DNA from: Octopus sinensis
Lineage: Eukaryota
Direction of reading: 5' to 3'
Assembly: GCF_006345805.1 (NCBI RefSeq)
Contig: NC_042999.1
Location: forward strand, 69,192,001 to 69,256,000
Length of the DNA: 64,000 bases
Shown: piece after piece, positions 46,882 through 61,015 of the stretch
Layout: the number at the start of each line of letters is the position of its first letter
Position numbering within the stretch: the first letter of the stretch is position 1
The notes under the pieces: generated by a model
Told to the model about the DNA's origin: nothing
The model's database searches: none
The model's input: the letters and a program-made list of their open reading frames with translations, nothing else
Made by a program: the position numbers and the translations under genes

Positions 46882-47528
46882 AAATGAATAGCAAAAGAAG
46901 GATTCAGTGGAGTTAAATAAAAAGGCCAAAAAACATGTTTAACCTTTTTGATACCAACCTGGCTGAAACTGCTTGTGGCTCTGTAGTACAAACGTCTTGT
47001 TTTCATAAATTGTGAATTTAAATCTTCCACCAAACCTCAGTCACAATATATGTTCCTAACACTGGCTCCTGGAGACTGAAAGAAGCCCGTAGTGTATATA
47101 TGTGTGTGTCTGCGTTTGTCCCCTCCCCATTGCTTGACAACCAATGCTGGTGTGTTTACGTCTCCGTAACTTAGCTGTTTGGCAAAAGAGACTGATGGAG
47201 TAAGTACTAGGCTTACAAAGAATAAGTCCTGGGGACGATTTGCTTGAGTAAAAGGCATTACTCCAGCATGGCCACAGTCAAATGACTGAAACAATTCTCA
47301 TATATATATAGATATATATACACTTGCATGCATATATGCATATATGTCATCATGATGATCATAATGACAACATATGCATGTATGTGTGTATATATTTGTA
47401 TGGGTATGTCTGAGATTGCATGTGTGTGTTTATAGATGTGTGTGTGTAGAAATATGTATATGTATATATATTAGATCTGATGTACACCTACAGATACACA
47501 TATCCATAGGTATCCCTACACATCTACC

Positions 47529-47559
<31 letters not shown>

Positions 47560-47925
47560 GTGCCTGTGTGTATATATATATATATATATATATACACACG
47601 TGTATGTATTATTCTCCTACATTCGTGTACTAATATATATAATTCTCTTTGATGTATTTTACCAAAGTCTGGTAATTAATGGTTACCATTATAGTTTCAG
47701 AATATTATGGCTATCCTTTGTAAGGAACGTTCTGGCACTTCATCTTTGAGACAACACCATTATTACAACACCAAATTATATCATTCATCCTCTAACCTCC
47801 ACACACACCCACACACCCACACACCCACTACCATGTATCTGGCAGCTACCACCACCACCACTACTACTACTACTACTACCTTAGTTCATTTAATGATATA
47901 TTTCTCTCTCTCTCTCTCTCTCTCA

Positions 47926-47990
<65 letters not shown>

Positions 47991-48697
47991 TTCTCTCTCT
48001 CTCTTTCTCTCTCTCTCTCTGTCATCTCATTAATGGATATTACTTTTCAATTCCTACAGTGGACAGGAATAACAGATTATCTGTATGTGTGTGCGTGCGT
48101 GTGTACTTGTGTCTATGAGTGTGTATGTGGGTTCATGTATGTGTGTACATACATGCATGTGTGAATGTGTGTGTATGCATATATGTCTGTGCTTTATGTG
48201 TGCATGTATATGAGTGTCAGCATATGTGAGTGTGCTTATGTGTGCAATCTTTGCATGCGTATATGCATGTATGTATATCTTTTATCTTTTACTTGTTTCA
48301 GTCGTTACGCTGTGGCCATGCTGGGGCACCATCTTGAAGAATGTTTTGTTGAATGTATTGACCCCAGGACTTTGTTTTTCCTTTAAGCCTGGTATTTATT
48401 TTATCTATCTCTTTTGCTGAACCATTTGGTAATGGGGACATAAACACAGCAACGCCGGTTGTCAAGTGGTAGTGATGGACAAACACAGACTCACAGACAC
48501 ACTCACATTTAAGACAGGCTTCTTTCAGTTTCCATCTACCAAACCCACTTAGGAGGCTTTGGTCAGCATGAGGCCATCACTTGTCCAAAATGTCATACAG
48601 TAGGACTGAACCCAGAACCATTTGGTTGGGAGGAAAGCTTCTTACTACACAGCCATGCCCATACCTATGTATGTGTGTAATTGTATGCATGCATGCC

Positions 48698-48745
<48 letters not shown>

Positions 48746-49734
48746 TATGCATGTATGAGAGAGAGAGAGGGAGAGAAAACATGGTATGTCTGCTAATTCA
48801 GAGTCTATTTGGAAGGGAATATAAACAGCAACCAGACAAAAGCAATGTGAATAATTACAAACAGCCACCTCGTACCCCATCACCATCTCCTCCTTCACAT
48901 TCTTCCTCCATTACTGCCTTCCTTCATCACTTTTCTGTCACCTCTCTATCAGACACCATTGTTTCAGTGTGATTTTACTTCTTCAGTAATATACTCCATT
49001 CAGTCCTTTGCAGCTAGCTGGGAACAGCTGTTCCTATCTAAATAAATAACCAAACATGTCAAATAAATAACCAAACATGACAAAAGTTTGTCAAGCTGAT
49101 ATCAAATTATTGTGGATATTCAAAACAGCAAAAATCAAAACAGCAATGTGTAAATCTTCTTTTAACATGTCTGCACAACAATGATGATGATGACAACAAT
49201 GTCAAATACACGTGCAAAATTGCACTGCAAAGCCAATGTCTGATAGTTCAGTGACATCACTTGTAGTGATTGTGGTGTTTACATACATTATCTAAAGGGA
49301 GAATTATTTCATCAGGAAGTTTGTGCCTGTGTTTAAGTATTTAGAACCTGTTGAGAATGAATGCACATATTTCCTTCTCAAGCACACTTCAGTGAATTAA
49401 ACACCATTTTACACAATATTCTTTACACAGATTATATCAAGATTGCTAGGCAGGAAGCAAAAATAATGGTTAAGCTCTCCTCTAATGCATTTATAAAGAT
49501 CACCAAAGATGACTTTAGGGAAAGAAACTTGTTCATCATCATTATCATTGTTTTAATGTCCACTTTTCTATGTTTGCATGGATCAGAGAGAATTTGTTGA
49601 GGTAGATTTTCTGGATTGCCTTCCTGTCATCAACCCTTACCTGTTTGGTTTTGATTTTGTTGACTACACAGTATAGTAGGGTCAGCTGGGCACCATCTGT
49701 GAGAAAAACAACACCATAATGCAATTCACTCTGC

Positions 49735-50460
49735 CAGAAATTTGGAAACGACATGCTGTATTACTTGACATTTGTGCTGGAAGCTCCAATACGAACAGAT
49801 GGTGAACACACAGAACAATTGTTGGTTTGCCATGTCCCCAAAATATGTATCAAGAGAGATAAAAATCCAACTTTCAGTCAACATCATGGTGTTTGGAGTG
49901 ATCACTAGTGATAGCGATGTTATGCCTCCATTCATCTTCCCACATGGCCTCAGACTCAACACGGAGGCCTACATCAGGTGCCTGGTGTGGTAGTGATTTC
50001 TCTGGGTCAAGAGGGTAGCTGCTGAAAGACCCTATGTCTGGCAACAGGACTCTGCTCCATGCCACACAAGCAGGAGAACCCAGTCATGGTTGTCAGACAA
50101 TTTCTGCAACTGCATCACTCCTAACATCTGGCTACCTAACTCCCCAGACTGCAACCCCCCTTGATAATTATGTGTGGAGTGCAGTTGAGTGAGAGACCAG
50201 CAAAACTCCTTGTAACACCAAAGATGAACTGAAAGCAAGGATTATGGTAGATATTCACCAACTTAAACAAAGAGATTGTCCAAAAGAGTTGCAGGAGATT
50301 CCAAAGTTGTCTGGAGGCCATGGTTGAAGCCAATGGCGATTTTATTGAATAAATTTACTCTTTAGTATTTCAAAATATTTTTATCTAATTTTGGTAAATA
50401 TATCTGTTAAAATGAGATGTCAGTATTATTTTCATTTTTGAAAATATATTCACCGCACCC

Positions 50461-50462
<2 letters not shown>
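49735..50462 (+). mobile_element. 5'-truncated maT (DD37D) Tc1/mariner remnant
   Basis: NIMVFGVITSDSDVMPPFIFPHGLRLNTEAY..RPYVWQQDSAPCH..WLPNSPDCNPLD (37-residue spacing after removing one extra C); right TIR ..caccgcaccctg. Confidence 0.88.
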
Positions 50463-50546
<84 letters not shown>

Positions 50547-50754
50547 TTGTGTGTCTGCGTTTGTTTCCCCAAAATCACTTGACAACCGATGCTGGTGTGA
50601 TTATGTCCCTATAACTTAGCAGTTCAGCAAAAGAGACCGATAGAATAAGTACTAGGCTTACAAAGAGTAAGTCCTGGGGTCGATTTACTCCACTAAAGGC
50701 AGTGCTCCAGCATGGCCACAGTCAAATGACTGAAACAAATAAAAGAATATATAA

Positions 50755-50785
<31 letters not shown>

Positions 50786-51841
50786 ACAGGCTTCTTTCAG
50801 TTTGCATCCAGCAAATCCACTCAGAATGCATTGGTCAGCCAATGCACCATCCGAATGTGGTCGATGCCAGGTCCGCCTGACTGGCACCTGTGCCGGTGGT
50901 ACATGAAAAGCACCATCCAAACATGGCTGATGCCAGTACCTCCAGACTGACTCCTGTGCCAATGGCATGTAAAAAGCACCATCCAAGTGTGACCAATGCC
51001 AGGGCTGCCTGACTGGCTCCTGTACCAGTGGCATGTGAAAAGAATCCACTACACTTTCGGAATGGTTAGCATTAGGAAGGGCATCTAGCTGTAGAAAAAT
51101 TGCCAGCTCAGATTGGAGCCTGGTGTGGCCTCCTGGCTTGCCAGCCCTCAGTCAAACCATCCAACCCATGCCAGCATAGAAAATGGATGTTAAACGATGA
51201 TGATAATGATGATGATGATAACAATGATTTATTGTTTTCCAATCGGTTGTCTTTTTGTATTGATTAACCAAACAACATACTTTCATATGGAAATAGATAG
51301 GCAAGCTAAACAAAACAATTTTATGCCCCTTCTCAGGAGTACAGTTATTCAATGGCTGGCTGTCAGTCATCACAAGGTTTCAATATATATGAATTGTTTA
51401 TCACGAAAACTCTCCACCATTGAATTGTGCCACATAATTAGTGTTTGGAAGTGTTGTTTCCTGCTTTAATGGAATATCTATTTGAATGTCTCTGGAGAAT
51501 ATCAATAATAGATGGATGATATTTATTTTGTGTACAACAGAACTGAAAAAAGAAGAAAAGAAATACAACAGAAACAAGTGGCAAAGATATATATATATAA
51601 AAAAAACCTTGATGCTATTGTGATTTTAATAAATCTTTCTATCTGCAGGACTAAATAATTACATTGAAATGAGAATATTTAACAGATTTGTTTTTTTTTT
51701 TACATATATATATTCGATCATCTTCCAGGGCAATGAGAAACATTCTATTTCAGTGAAATTCATTAGGTTTGGAGCAATATAGAAAGCTGGGTGGCTGGGT
51801 CAGTAAGCTTTTGACTTATCAGTGGTTCATAGTTCTTTTGT

Positions 51842-51872
51842 CTTAAGGGAGTAGCCCTTAGATTTAATCTAT

Positions 51873-51911
<39 letters not shown>

Positions 51912-52760
51912 GCACACCTACGCACACATACATACACATATGATTATACAATAGCATGAATCCATCTCAACCAATCTTATCAATCAGTTTCACACAGGAT
52001 ATTAAGTAATCATTATCTAATAACTGTGCTCATCAGAGTTGGCAGAAATGGCTCTATAACACTGTATAGTTTGATTAATACACCCACTCTATTGACAAAT
52101 ATATGAATGTATATTTTTCGTACATGGATTTTTAAACAACTATATGTGTGTGTATGATGTGTGTATATGTTTGTGCTTCCTTGGAAGCAGGTGACTGTTG
52201 GTAACAGGAAAGGCATTTGGCCATCGGAGAGAGACATGTTATGGTACAGTTATGGTACAGTGAAATAAGGTCCAGTAATATAAAGAGGCCAAGTTAAATT
52301 ATATCCCATTCTTAAAACAAATGAACTGATCTTTTGTTTGGATGTAAGGAATCGGTTTCTTTTAACAGATTAAGAAGGTCTGAATCAGCTTTGCTAGGAT
52401 TTGAACCTTGGAATGTATGCCAAACTTAACTCTTGACATGCATGTGCACCCCCCCCCACCACCACCACATGCACACACACACACATATACACACACATGC
52501 ATACACAAAGAGATTACAACCCCAAATTTTAATTCAACAAACAGCTTGTTCATTATCTTGTGTAATCTATCTCACACAGTATACTTAAGGGAGTAGCCTT
52601 AGATTTAATTTATTACACACACACACGCACACATACATACACATATATGATTATACAATAGCATGAATCCATCTCAACCAATCTTATCAATCAGTTTCAC
52701 ATAGGATATTAAGTAATCAATTATCTAATAACTGTGCTCATCAGAGTTGGCAGAAATGGC
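51842..52760. repeat. Dispersed direct duplication of ~180-210 bp (51842-52052 and 52584-52760)
   Basis: cttaagggagtagcc..atgaatccatctcaaccaatcttatcaatcag..catcagagttggcagaaatggc occurs twice. Confidence 0.92.
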
Positions 52761-54280
52761 ATACACACACAGCTTTATACAAGCACACCTGTATGTGCAC
52801 ACACACACGCATGCATACATACACATGCACACACATATTTTAGATAACATTTATACGTTGTCATCATTACCCTAGTGTCCTCTTTTCCCTGCTTGCATGG
52901 GTCAGATGGAATTTGTTGTGACAGATTTTCTATGGCTAGATACCTTTCCTGTTGCTAACACTCACCTGCTTCCAAGTAAGGTAATATTTCCTTATGGTCA
53001 GACAGATTTTCACAGGAGACTGGAAATGAACAATCTCATCTGTTTGATGATGGTTCTCATTTACAATCATCATATGATGTGAATAGAAGGCAGCATACAC
53101 ACACACACACACACATACTCTCTCTCTCTCTCTCTCTCTCACTCACACGGGATATTTTTTACCCATTATTTACATAATATACCTTTCTCCACGTTGAATT
53201 CTATAGTACAACAAAAAACAATTTATTCCACACACACACACACACACGTAATGAGCTTCTTGCTATGTACCCAAGCCATTCACAAGATTTTGGTCAGCCC
53301 TTGGCATTGGTAGAAAGACATTCACCCCAGATGCTACATTGTGGGACTGAACCTGAAACCACATGATTTAGAGGAAATCAAGATCGAAATCAAAATGGAA
53401 ATTGTAGTTGTGGCCAATGCAATGACTGGCACCCTTGCTGGTGGCATGTAAAAAGCACCATTCAAGCGTGGGTTAATGCGAGTGCTGCCTGACTGGCTCC
53501 CCATGCTGGTGGTACGTAAAAAGCACCCACTACACTCTCAGAGTAGTTGGCATTAGGAAGGGCATCCAGCTATAGAAACCTTGCCAGATCAGATTGGAGC
53601 CTGGTGCAGCCTCCTGGCTTGCCAGTCCTCAGTCAAACCATCCAACCATGCCAGCATGGAAAATGGACGTTGAATGATGATGATGATGATGATGATGTAC
53701 AGCCATGCTTGTGCTTGTGTATACTATCAGATGTTGCTTATTCTTCTTATTCCATTTTATATCAATACAACTAATTGATATTTTATTATTTTGAACTGTT
53801 TCTTGTTGATTTTTGTTTCCTTTTGTACTTTCTGATATAATCTGTCTGATGTAATTCTCATCTATTGCACATGAGACACCATGCGTAGCCTTTAAAGCAT
53901 ATTTTTTTTATTGCCAGCAAGCTCTCAGCACTTGTTAGTTATATCAATAAAAAGCATCAAACTCTTAGAATTGATTTTTTTAGATCAATCACAACTATTC
54001 AACCTAATTCCATTTTGTATTTTATATCTCCTTTATATGTATTGTAATCATCATCATCATCATCATCATCATGACCATGTAATATCCATCTTCCATGCAG
54101 GCATGGGTAGGACAGTCTGGTAGGAGCCAGCAAGCTAGAGAGCTGTACCAGGCTCCAATTGTTTTGGCATTGTTTCTTTCCCTAACACCAACCACTTTAC
54201 AGGGTGTACTCGGAGCTTTTTACGCAGCACTAGCACCAGTGCTTTCTGCATGGCACCATCACCAGTGCTTTTTATGTTAC

Positions 54281-54540
54281 ACATCACTAGTGCTTTTCAT
54301 GTGGCACATCACTAGTGCTTTTCATGTGGCACATCACTAGTGATGTGGCACATCACTAGTGCTTTTCATGTGGCACATCACTAGTGCTTTTCATGTGGCA
54401 CATCACTAGTGCTTTTCATGTGGCACATCACTAGTGCTTTTCATGTGGCACATCACTAGTGCTTTTTATGTTACACATCACTAGTGCTTTTCATGTGGCA
54501 CATCACTAGTGCTTTTCATGTGGCACATCACTAGTGATTT
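54281..54540. repeat. 25-bp minisatellite (~10 copies) inside a minus-strand LINE tail
   Basis: acatcactagtgcttttcatgtggc repeated, one shortened unit. Confidence 0.95.
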
Positions 54541-54689
54541 TTACATGGCACCATTACCATTGCTCTTTACATGATACAATTACCAGTGCCTTTTATATGG
54601 AACAGAGCATGTGATTTTTATTGGCATAATGACCCTCCTTCCTGTAATTGCAATATCAACCAGACCATCAGATACTGTTATACACTGCT

Positions 54690-55075
54690 GGTCACAATGC
54701 GCTTCCAATTCTGTCTTGATTGCACCATTTTTTTTCTATTTTGATCCAAATTGCTTAACTAGATCGTCTTCCCATCATTGAAGAGGCCTTCTGATCTCTT
54801 GGATACCAGTCAGCTACTACACGGGTCCACCTGTTGTCTATGACTTTGTGACATGTCCAACCCATCAAAACTTGTGCTTTTGGTTCTCTGTGATCACGTT
54901 GTTCACTCCACTCTTTTCTCAAATCATTTCATTTCGAATATGCTCTCATAACGATATTCCCAGCATGGATCTCTCGATGGCCCTTTGTGTCCATAGCTCA
55001 CTCATATCCTATCCTCTTCATAGCAGCTGCTCACTTGCGTGTAAGACCACTGGCATGATGGTGCTATTGAAGTGT
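54690..55075 (-). mobile_element. Degenerate RTE-1-like LINE ORF2 fragment
   Basis: TQRAIERSMLGISL*EHIRNEMI*EKSGV..WVGHV..NRWTRVVADWYPR..WEDD. Confidence 0.8.
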
Positions 55076-56748
55076 CCTGAGATACAAAAACAAAAAAGCA
55101 GTGAGAAGAGATCTCGGAGTATTGTGTCTCAGAGATGAGATGATGTTGGATCAAGAATAGTCCTATAAGACCAAACTTTGGATTGATCTCACTGATATCA
55201 TCCTAGAATGTAGATATGAGAGTGGTGATGATGATGGTGTTGGTGGTAGTGGTGGTGAGGACAGTGACAATGACAATGACTTATCTGTAGCTGGTCCATA
55301 GACTTAACCCTCATAATCAAATTTATGTAGAAATTATCAAAGACCAAACTATATATTTACCCTCACACACATTAAGAGAAAGTTTCGTCCCTAGAATATA
55401 CAGCATGTGTCTGTGAATACACATTATGTGTATGTAGGTGGATGCATACATATATGTATATATGTGATGTGTGTGTGTGTATGTGTGTGTGGATATCAGA
55501 GTGTAATGATATACACTAGCCTTTCATTTTTTACGCTTATTTACATAACTGTGTGGATACTATACACACATACACACACACACACACACACCCACAAGAT
55601 GATACATATATGATTGTGTATATAAAGTAAGTGTATAATATATATTCATATGCAAGTGCATGTGTATGTATGTGTGGATATATATATGTATATATATAGT
55701 ATATCCATATACACACACACACACACAATACATATATATGCATATATGTGTGTTTGTGCATGTGTGTGTGTGTGTGTATGTATCCTACTATATTCATAGT
55801 TCACTAGACTGATCAATTATTCATGCTATTTGGTGCTTATTCAAGCATGAAGACTTTTGTGTCTAAAATAATCCATTCAGAATTCCAGCATTTAGGACAG
55901 AAATGGCTTTGTTTTATGGTTAATGGCCTTATTCCAGCCATTCTTCCTCTCTTCCTTTCAACTTTCCACAGATATATTTTATTCCATTACATTTATTTTT
56001 TAAACCAAAAATGCAATAAAAATAATTGAGGAACAAAATGAATAGTCAGTGGATATTTTCAATTGAAATGTCTAAACAAGGATTAATCATAGAACATTCC
56101 TGGTTAACATTTCTTTTAATTACCAAAGTTGCACATGTTGCACATTAGTGAGGAATTCTGGGTCAAAGATTTTCATTTCTAAACTGCTCCTAATTACATG
56201 CAACATATATCAAAGCAGGAGATTGGAAAACTTTTTAGTATTATCTATTCACCATTACACATGTTTCATTTGGTACTAGGAGTTACAAAATTAGAAATTC
56301 TTCAGACAAAGAATCAAATAACATAAAATTTTCATTTGGATGAAGCATTTATACATAATTAATAATTAGGAGTCAGTTAAATAGGTAGACGGGAGAAAAA
56401 CATATCTAGTAATATAGAAAAGAGAGAGAGAGAGGGCTGGAGAATTATGCACACACAAACACACAGATATACATATATAAACATTTACATTCATACATAC
56501 TTGGTGGTGGTTGTCTACTCCTTATGCAAAGTCTGACCACCTCTTGTACTTACTCCTTAGATCCATCATGGCATCTGATGGGGCTTTTGAAACCAGATAA
56601 TGTTTTGAAAAGACAGCCACATAAATTAGTTAAGTTCTGATTTTCGTTGATCTTAAAATGTCTTTTGAGGCCTCTGTTAGATTTGCAAACCCTCTGGCAT
56701 ACATTGGCATTGAAAGGTATGTATGTGCGTATATATTTATATATATTT

Positions 56749-57686
56749 ATGCTCCGATGGATGTGTAATGCCGGTACTCACACTCGGCAGAGTGTAAGTA
56801 CCTTGAGAGAAAAGCTGGACCTAAGAAGCATCAGTTGTGGTGTGCAAGAGAGACGTTTGTGCTGGTATGGTCATGTGGCGAGAATGGATGAAGATAGTTG
56901 TGTGAAAAAGTGCCACACCCTAGCGGTTGAGGGAACCTGTGGAAGAGGCAGACCCAGGAAAACCTGGGACGAGGTGGTGAAGCACGACCTTCGAACTTTA
57001 GGTCTCACTGAGGAAATGACTAGAGACCGAGACCTCTGGAAGTGTGCTGTGCGCGAGAAGACCCGGCAGGACAAGTGAGTCCATAACCCGTGGCCTTCTA
57101 CATGGGATGGAGCCAGCCTACGTATGCATACCTTCCCTTCTTGGGACACAAAACTCTACTTATGAAGACGTGTTGAGGCAAGTGAGGATCAGAATCGAAA
57201 TCGATCAATGGAAATTGCGGATGTGCTACCAGTGCCGGTGGCATGTCAAAACTCTGCTTGTGAAGACCCGTTGAGGCAAGTGAGGATAAGAATCGAAATC
57301 GATCGATGGAAATCGATCAATGGAAATTGCAGATGTGTTACCAGTGCCGGTGGCATGTAAGAGAACTTTCCGTTTCGCGACCGTTGCCAGCACCGCCCCG
57401 TTTCGTGTCCGTTGCCAGCCTCGCCTGGCCCTCGTGCCGGTGGCACATAAAAAGCACCATCCGTTCGTGGCCGTTTGCCAGCTCTGTCTGGCACCAGTGC
57501 GGGTGGCACGTAAAAAGCACCCACTACACTCACGGAGTGGTTGGCGTTAGGAAGGGCATCCAGCCGTAGAAACACTGCCAGATTTGACTGGGCCTGATGA
57601 AGCCTTCTGGGTTCACAGACCCCAGTAGAACCGTTCAACCCATGCTAGCATGGAAAGCGGACGCTAAACGATGATGATGATGATGA

Positions 57687-57690
<4 letters not shown>
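56749..57690 (+). mobile_element. Young 5'-truncated RTE LINE
   Basis: MLRWMCN..QERRLCWYGHVARMDEDSCVKKCHTLAVEGTCGRGRPRKTWDEVVKHDL..DRDLWK..RQDK* uninterrupted; CpGs kept; 98-bp tandem duplication in the 3'UTR (57150/57248); (GAT)n tail. Confidence 0.93.
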
Positions 57691-57726
<36 letters not shown>

Positions 57727-57730
<4 letters not shown>

Positions 57731-58880
57731 ATGTAAAAAAATACAAACTGGGACAAGAACGCAAAACATTTAGAAGACGATACAAAAAACACGGACGGGA
57801 CATTTGAAGCCTTCAATCTTCAGTCAAGAACCGGATCATCCTCGCAATTTCAGCCGAGTAATCTTGAGATTGCTCCGACCTGGCCAACTCCAAAGGAAAA
57901 TCTAAGCCAAGCGTATTAGATTCCTTGGAAGAAAGCCTCGAATGTATACAAAACAAGGACGGAAAAACGGACGATGTTACACGAATAAGAATACAAAATA
58001 CGTAAAAACAATAATGATAACATGAATAAGAATACAAAAAAACAATAATGATAATAATAATAACAAAAACAGGACATCACAGACAGGCGTCTTTTCGATA
58101 GGACGAGTAAACTTTGAGCTGGCGTGTTAGAAAAATGCCTTGGGGCAGAGAGAGAAAAAAATGTGTCTTGCCGCGACGACTGCTAACCACAAAAAGGCTG
58201 GCAATTGTTTAGTTAGTCACGTGTGAGGATAAGAGAGAGGAAAAGAGGGACAGATGAAGAGAGAAAAGGGGAATAAGGAACAAAGGAGGAGGAGAAGAGA
58301 GAAAGAGACAGATCAAAGTGGAGTGCAAAGTGTGAAAGGCAGAGAAATGTAGGAGAGGGGTAGAGAGACAGTGTTATAGAGTCGTACCAAGTTTAAAGAA
58401 ATATGTACTTACATATAAGACCAAAAGGGTACGGGCGCTGCTATATATATATATGTATATGTAAAAACAATACAAACTGGGACAAGAACGCAAAACATTT
58501 AGAAGACAATACAAAAAACATGGACAGGACATTCGAAGCCTTCAATCTTCAGTCAAGAACTGGATCATCCTCACAATTTCGGCTGATTAATCTTGAGATT
58601 GCTCCGACCTGGCCAGCCTCAAAAGAAAATCTAAGCCAAGCGCATTAGATTCCCTGTCCCTCTTTTCCTCTCTCTTCTCCTCACACGTGACTAACTGACC
58701 GATTGCCAGCCTTTTCGTGGTTAGCAGTCGTCGCGGCAAGACACATTTTTTCTCTCTCTGCCCCAAGGCATTTTTCTAACACGCCAGCTCAAAGTTTACT
58801 TGTCCTGTTGAAAAGACGCCTGTCTGTGACGTCCTGTTTTTGTTATTATTATTATCATTATTGTTTTACGTATTTTTGTA
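57727..58880 (-). mobile_element. Penelope-like non-coding element with direct and inverted terminal duplications
   Basis: 57727-57924 repeated directly at 58455-58653; 58040-58253 repeated inverted at 58654-58880; related fragment at ~12876-13015. Confidence 0.6.
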
Positions 58881-60637
58881 CCAACCGATCGTGGTCGTTT
58901 GCAAGCCTGCTCTGACCCCTGTGCTGGTGGCACGTAAAAAACACCCACTACATTCACAGAGTGGTTGGCGTTAAGAAGGGCATCCAGCTGTAGAAACACT
59001 GCCAAATCAAACTAGAGCCTGGTGCAGCCTCCATTGGTTTACCAGACCCCGGTCGAAACGTCCAACCCATGCTAGCATGGAAAACGGACGTTAAATGATG
59101 ATGATGATGATATATATATATATATATATTCATATACATATACAATGCACATTTATATCATTATTTGTTCTGACATCCATTTTTGTATGGGTCAAATGGT
59201 GTTTATTGAAGAACATTTTCTATGGTCGGATGCCCTTCCTGTCACCAACCTGTACCTGTTTCCAAGAAAAGTAATATTTCTCCATGGCTAGAAAGGTTTT
59301 TGCAAAATATTGGAAATGAATAACACTGCTTGATAGTGATGTCAAGACAAACACAAATGTACAGGGACGTTTGCACACACACACACACACATGCTTATAC
59401 AGGAAGAGAGGGGGGGAGTGAGGAGAGAAGGAAAGAGTGAGGGGAGGAGGAGAGGGAAAAAGAGAGTGAGGAGAGGGGGTGAGAGAGTGAGATGGGGAGA
59501 GAGAGTGAGGAGAGGGGAGAGAGATGTAGACCTATAGATAGCTATAGTTATGTTGACAAGTTTGCTTGCCCATCATGAGGTCTGGGTTCAATCCCACCGT
59601 ACAGCACCTTGGACAAATGTCCTCTATTGTAGCCTTGGAGCCAACCAAAACTTTTTGTGTGGATTTGGTAGATAGAAACTAAAAGAAGCCCATTGTGCAT
59701 ATGTACATGTGTCTATATGTGTGTATGTACATGTGTGTGCGAGTTTGTTTATATGTGTATATGTATGTGTTTACCTCTGTGTGTGTGTGTGTTTTTTTTG
59801 TCTGACATTGTTCAGACTTGGTGACATTGTTTACGTTGCACATAAATCTGAATAAGCAATTGAAGGGCTCCCAACTTGCCAGAAATAGCAGCCAAATATC
59901 CTTCACTCCATAGTTTATTTTTTAAACAAGGAAACAACATAACATACCCGCAAAAGGCAGGATTGTCGTTGTTGGAACACTTTTGATTTTAAATCTGCTG
60001 AATCTAAGTTGCCATGCTTTACTTGACAGTTAAACAACAACAACAACAACAACAATTAATAGATTTGTAGTTTAAGAATTTTTACCATTTTCTTCCCAAC
60101 AAAATGTTATAGACTGAAAGAAATTAGATTTTCTGGTTAACCAATTCCATCCAAAGAAAAATGAAACAATTCAAGATGGCATTATCCTTGATCCGGCTCT
60201 TGATATTTGGAATAGTTTCTCAGAGAAAAAGGATAAAAAGAAAAATGGTGTTTTGTCATTCTAATTTTTGTTTAACCCTAGGTCAATCATGATCAAAAGT
60301 GTTCCAGTCATGGAAATACTGTCCTCTGCTCTTTTGTGTTATCTTTCTGTGACAGAAACCACTTAAGGGCCCTTAACCTTGCAAGTTACAAGGAAGTCAT
60401 CACCAGAACTGGTGCCACAAAAATAAACCACATTCTTGCATTGAAATCACTCTTGTGGGTCAGCAAAAGAGACCGATAATAAGTACCAGGCTTAAACCCA
60501 CCCACCCCCAGCCCCAAAATGAAACAACAAGTACTGGGGTCAATTCATTTGACTAAAAGTTCTTCAGGGTAGTGCCCCAGCATGGTCACAGTCTAATGAC
60601 TGAAACAAGTAAAAGATAAAAAAATAGTTTCATTAGG

Positions 60638-61015
60638 TGCAGGAGTGGCTGTGTGGTAAGAAGCTTGGTTCTCAACCACATGGTTCTGCATTCAGTTCCA
60701 CTGCGTGGCACCTTAGGCAAGCGTCTTCTATTATAGCCTTGGGCCAACCAAAGCCTTATGAGTGGATTTGGTTGATGGAAGCTGAAAGAAGCCCATCGTA
60801 TATATAAATATATATATGTATATGTTTGTCCCCCCACTATTGCTTGACAACTGATGTTGGTGTGTTTATGTCCACAGCACTTAGCGGTTTGGCAGAAGAA
60901 ACCAACAGTATAAGTACTAGGCTTACTAAGATTAAGTCCTGGAGTCAATTTTTTTAACTAAAGGCAGTGCTCCAGCATGGCTACAGTCAAATTACTGAAA
61001 CAAATAAAAGAATGA
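60638..61015 (+). mobile_element. SINE family X, CpG-decayed
   Basis: gcaggagtggctgtgtggtaagaagc..ccttgggccaaccaaagcc..cagcatggctacagtcaaattactgaaac. Confidence 0.9.

Noticed and set aside
54281-54540. CRISPR-like 25-bp repeats
   Set aside because: No spacers; derived from a LINE tail
57795-57825. Minus-strand CUGAAGA as a hammerhead (also ~58525-58555)
   Set aside because: Followed by GAAU/CAAA rather than GAAA, weak stem II, no stem I partner
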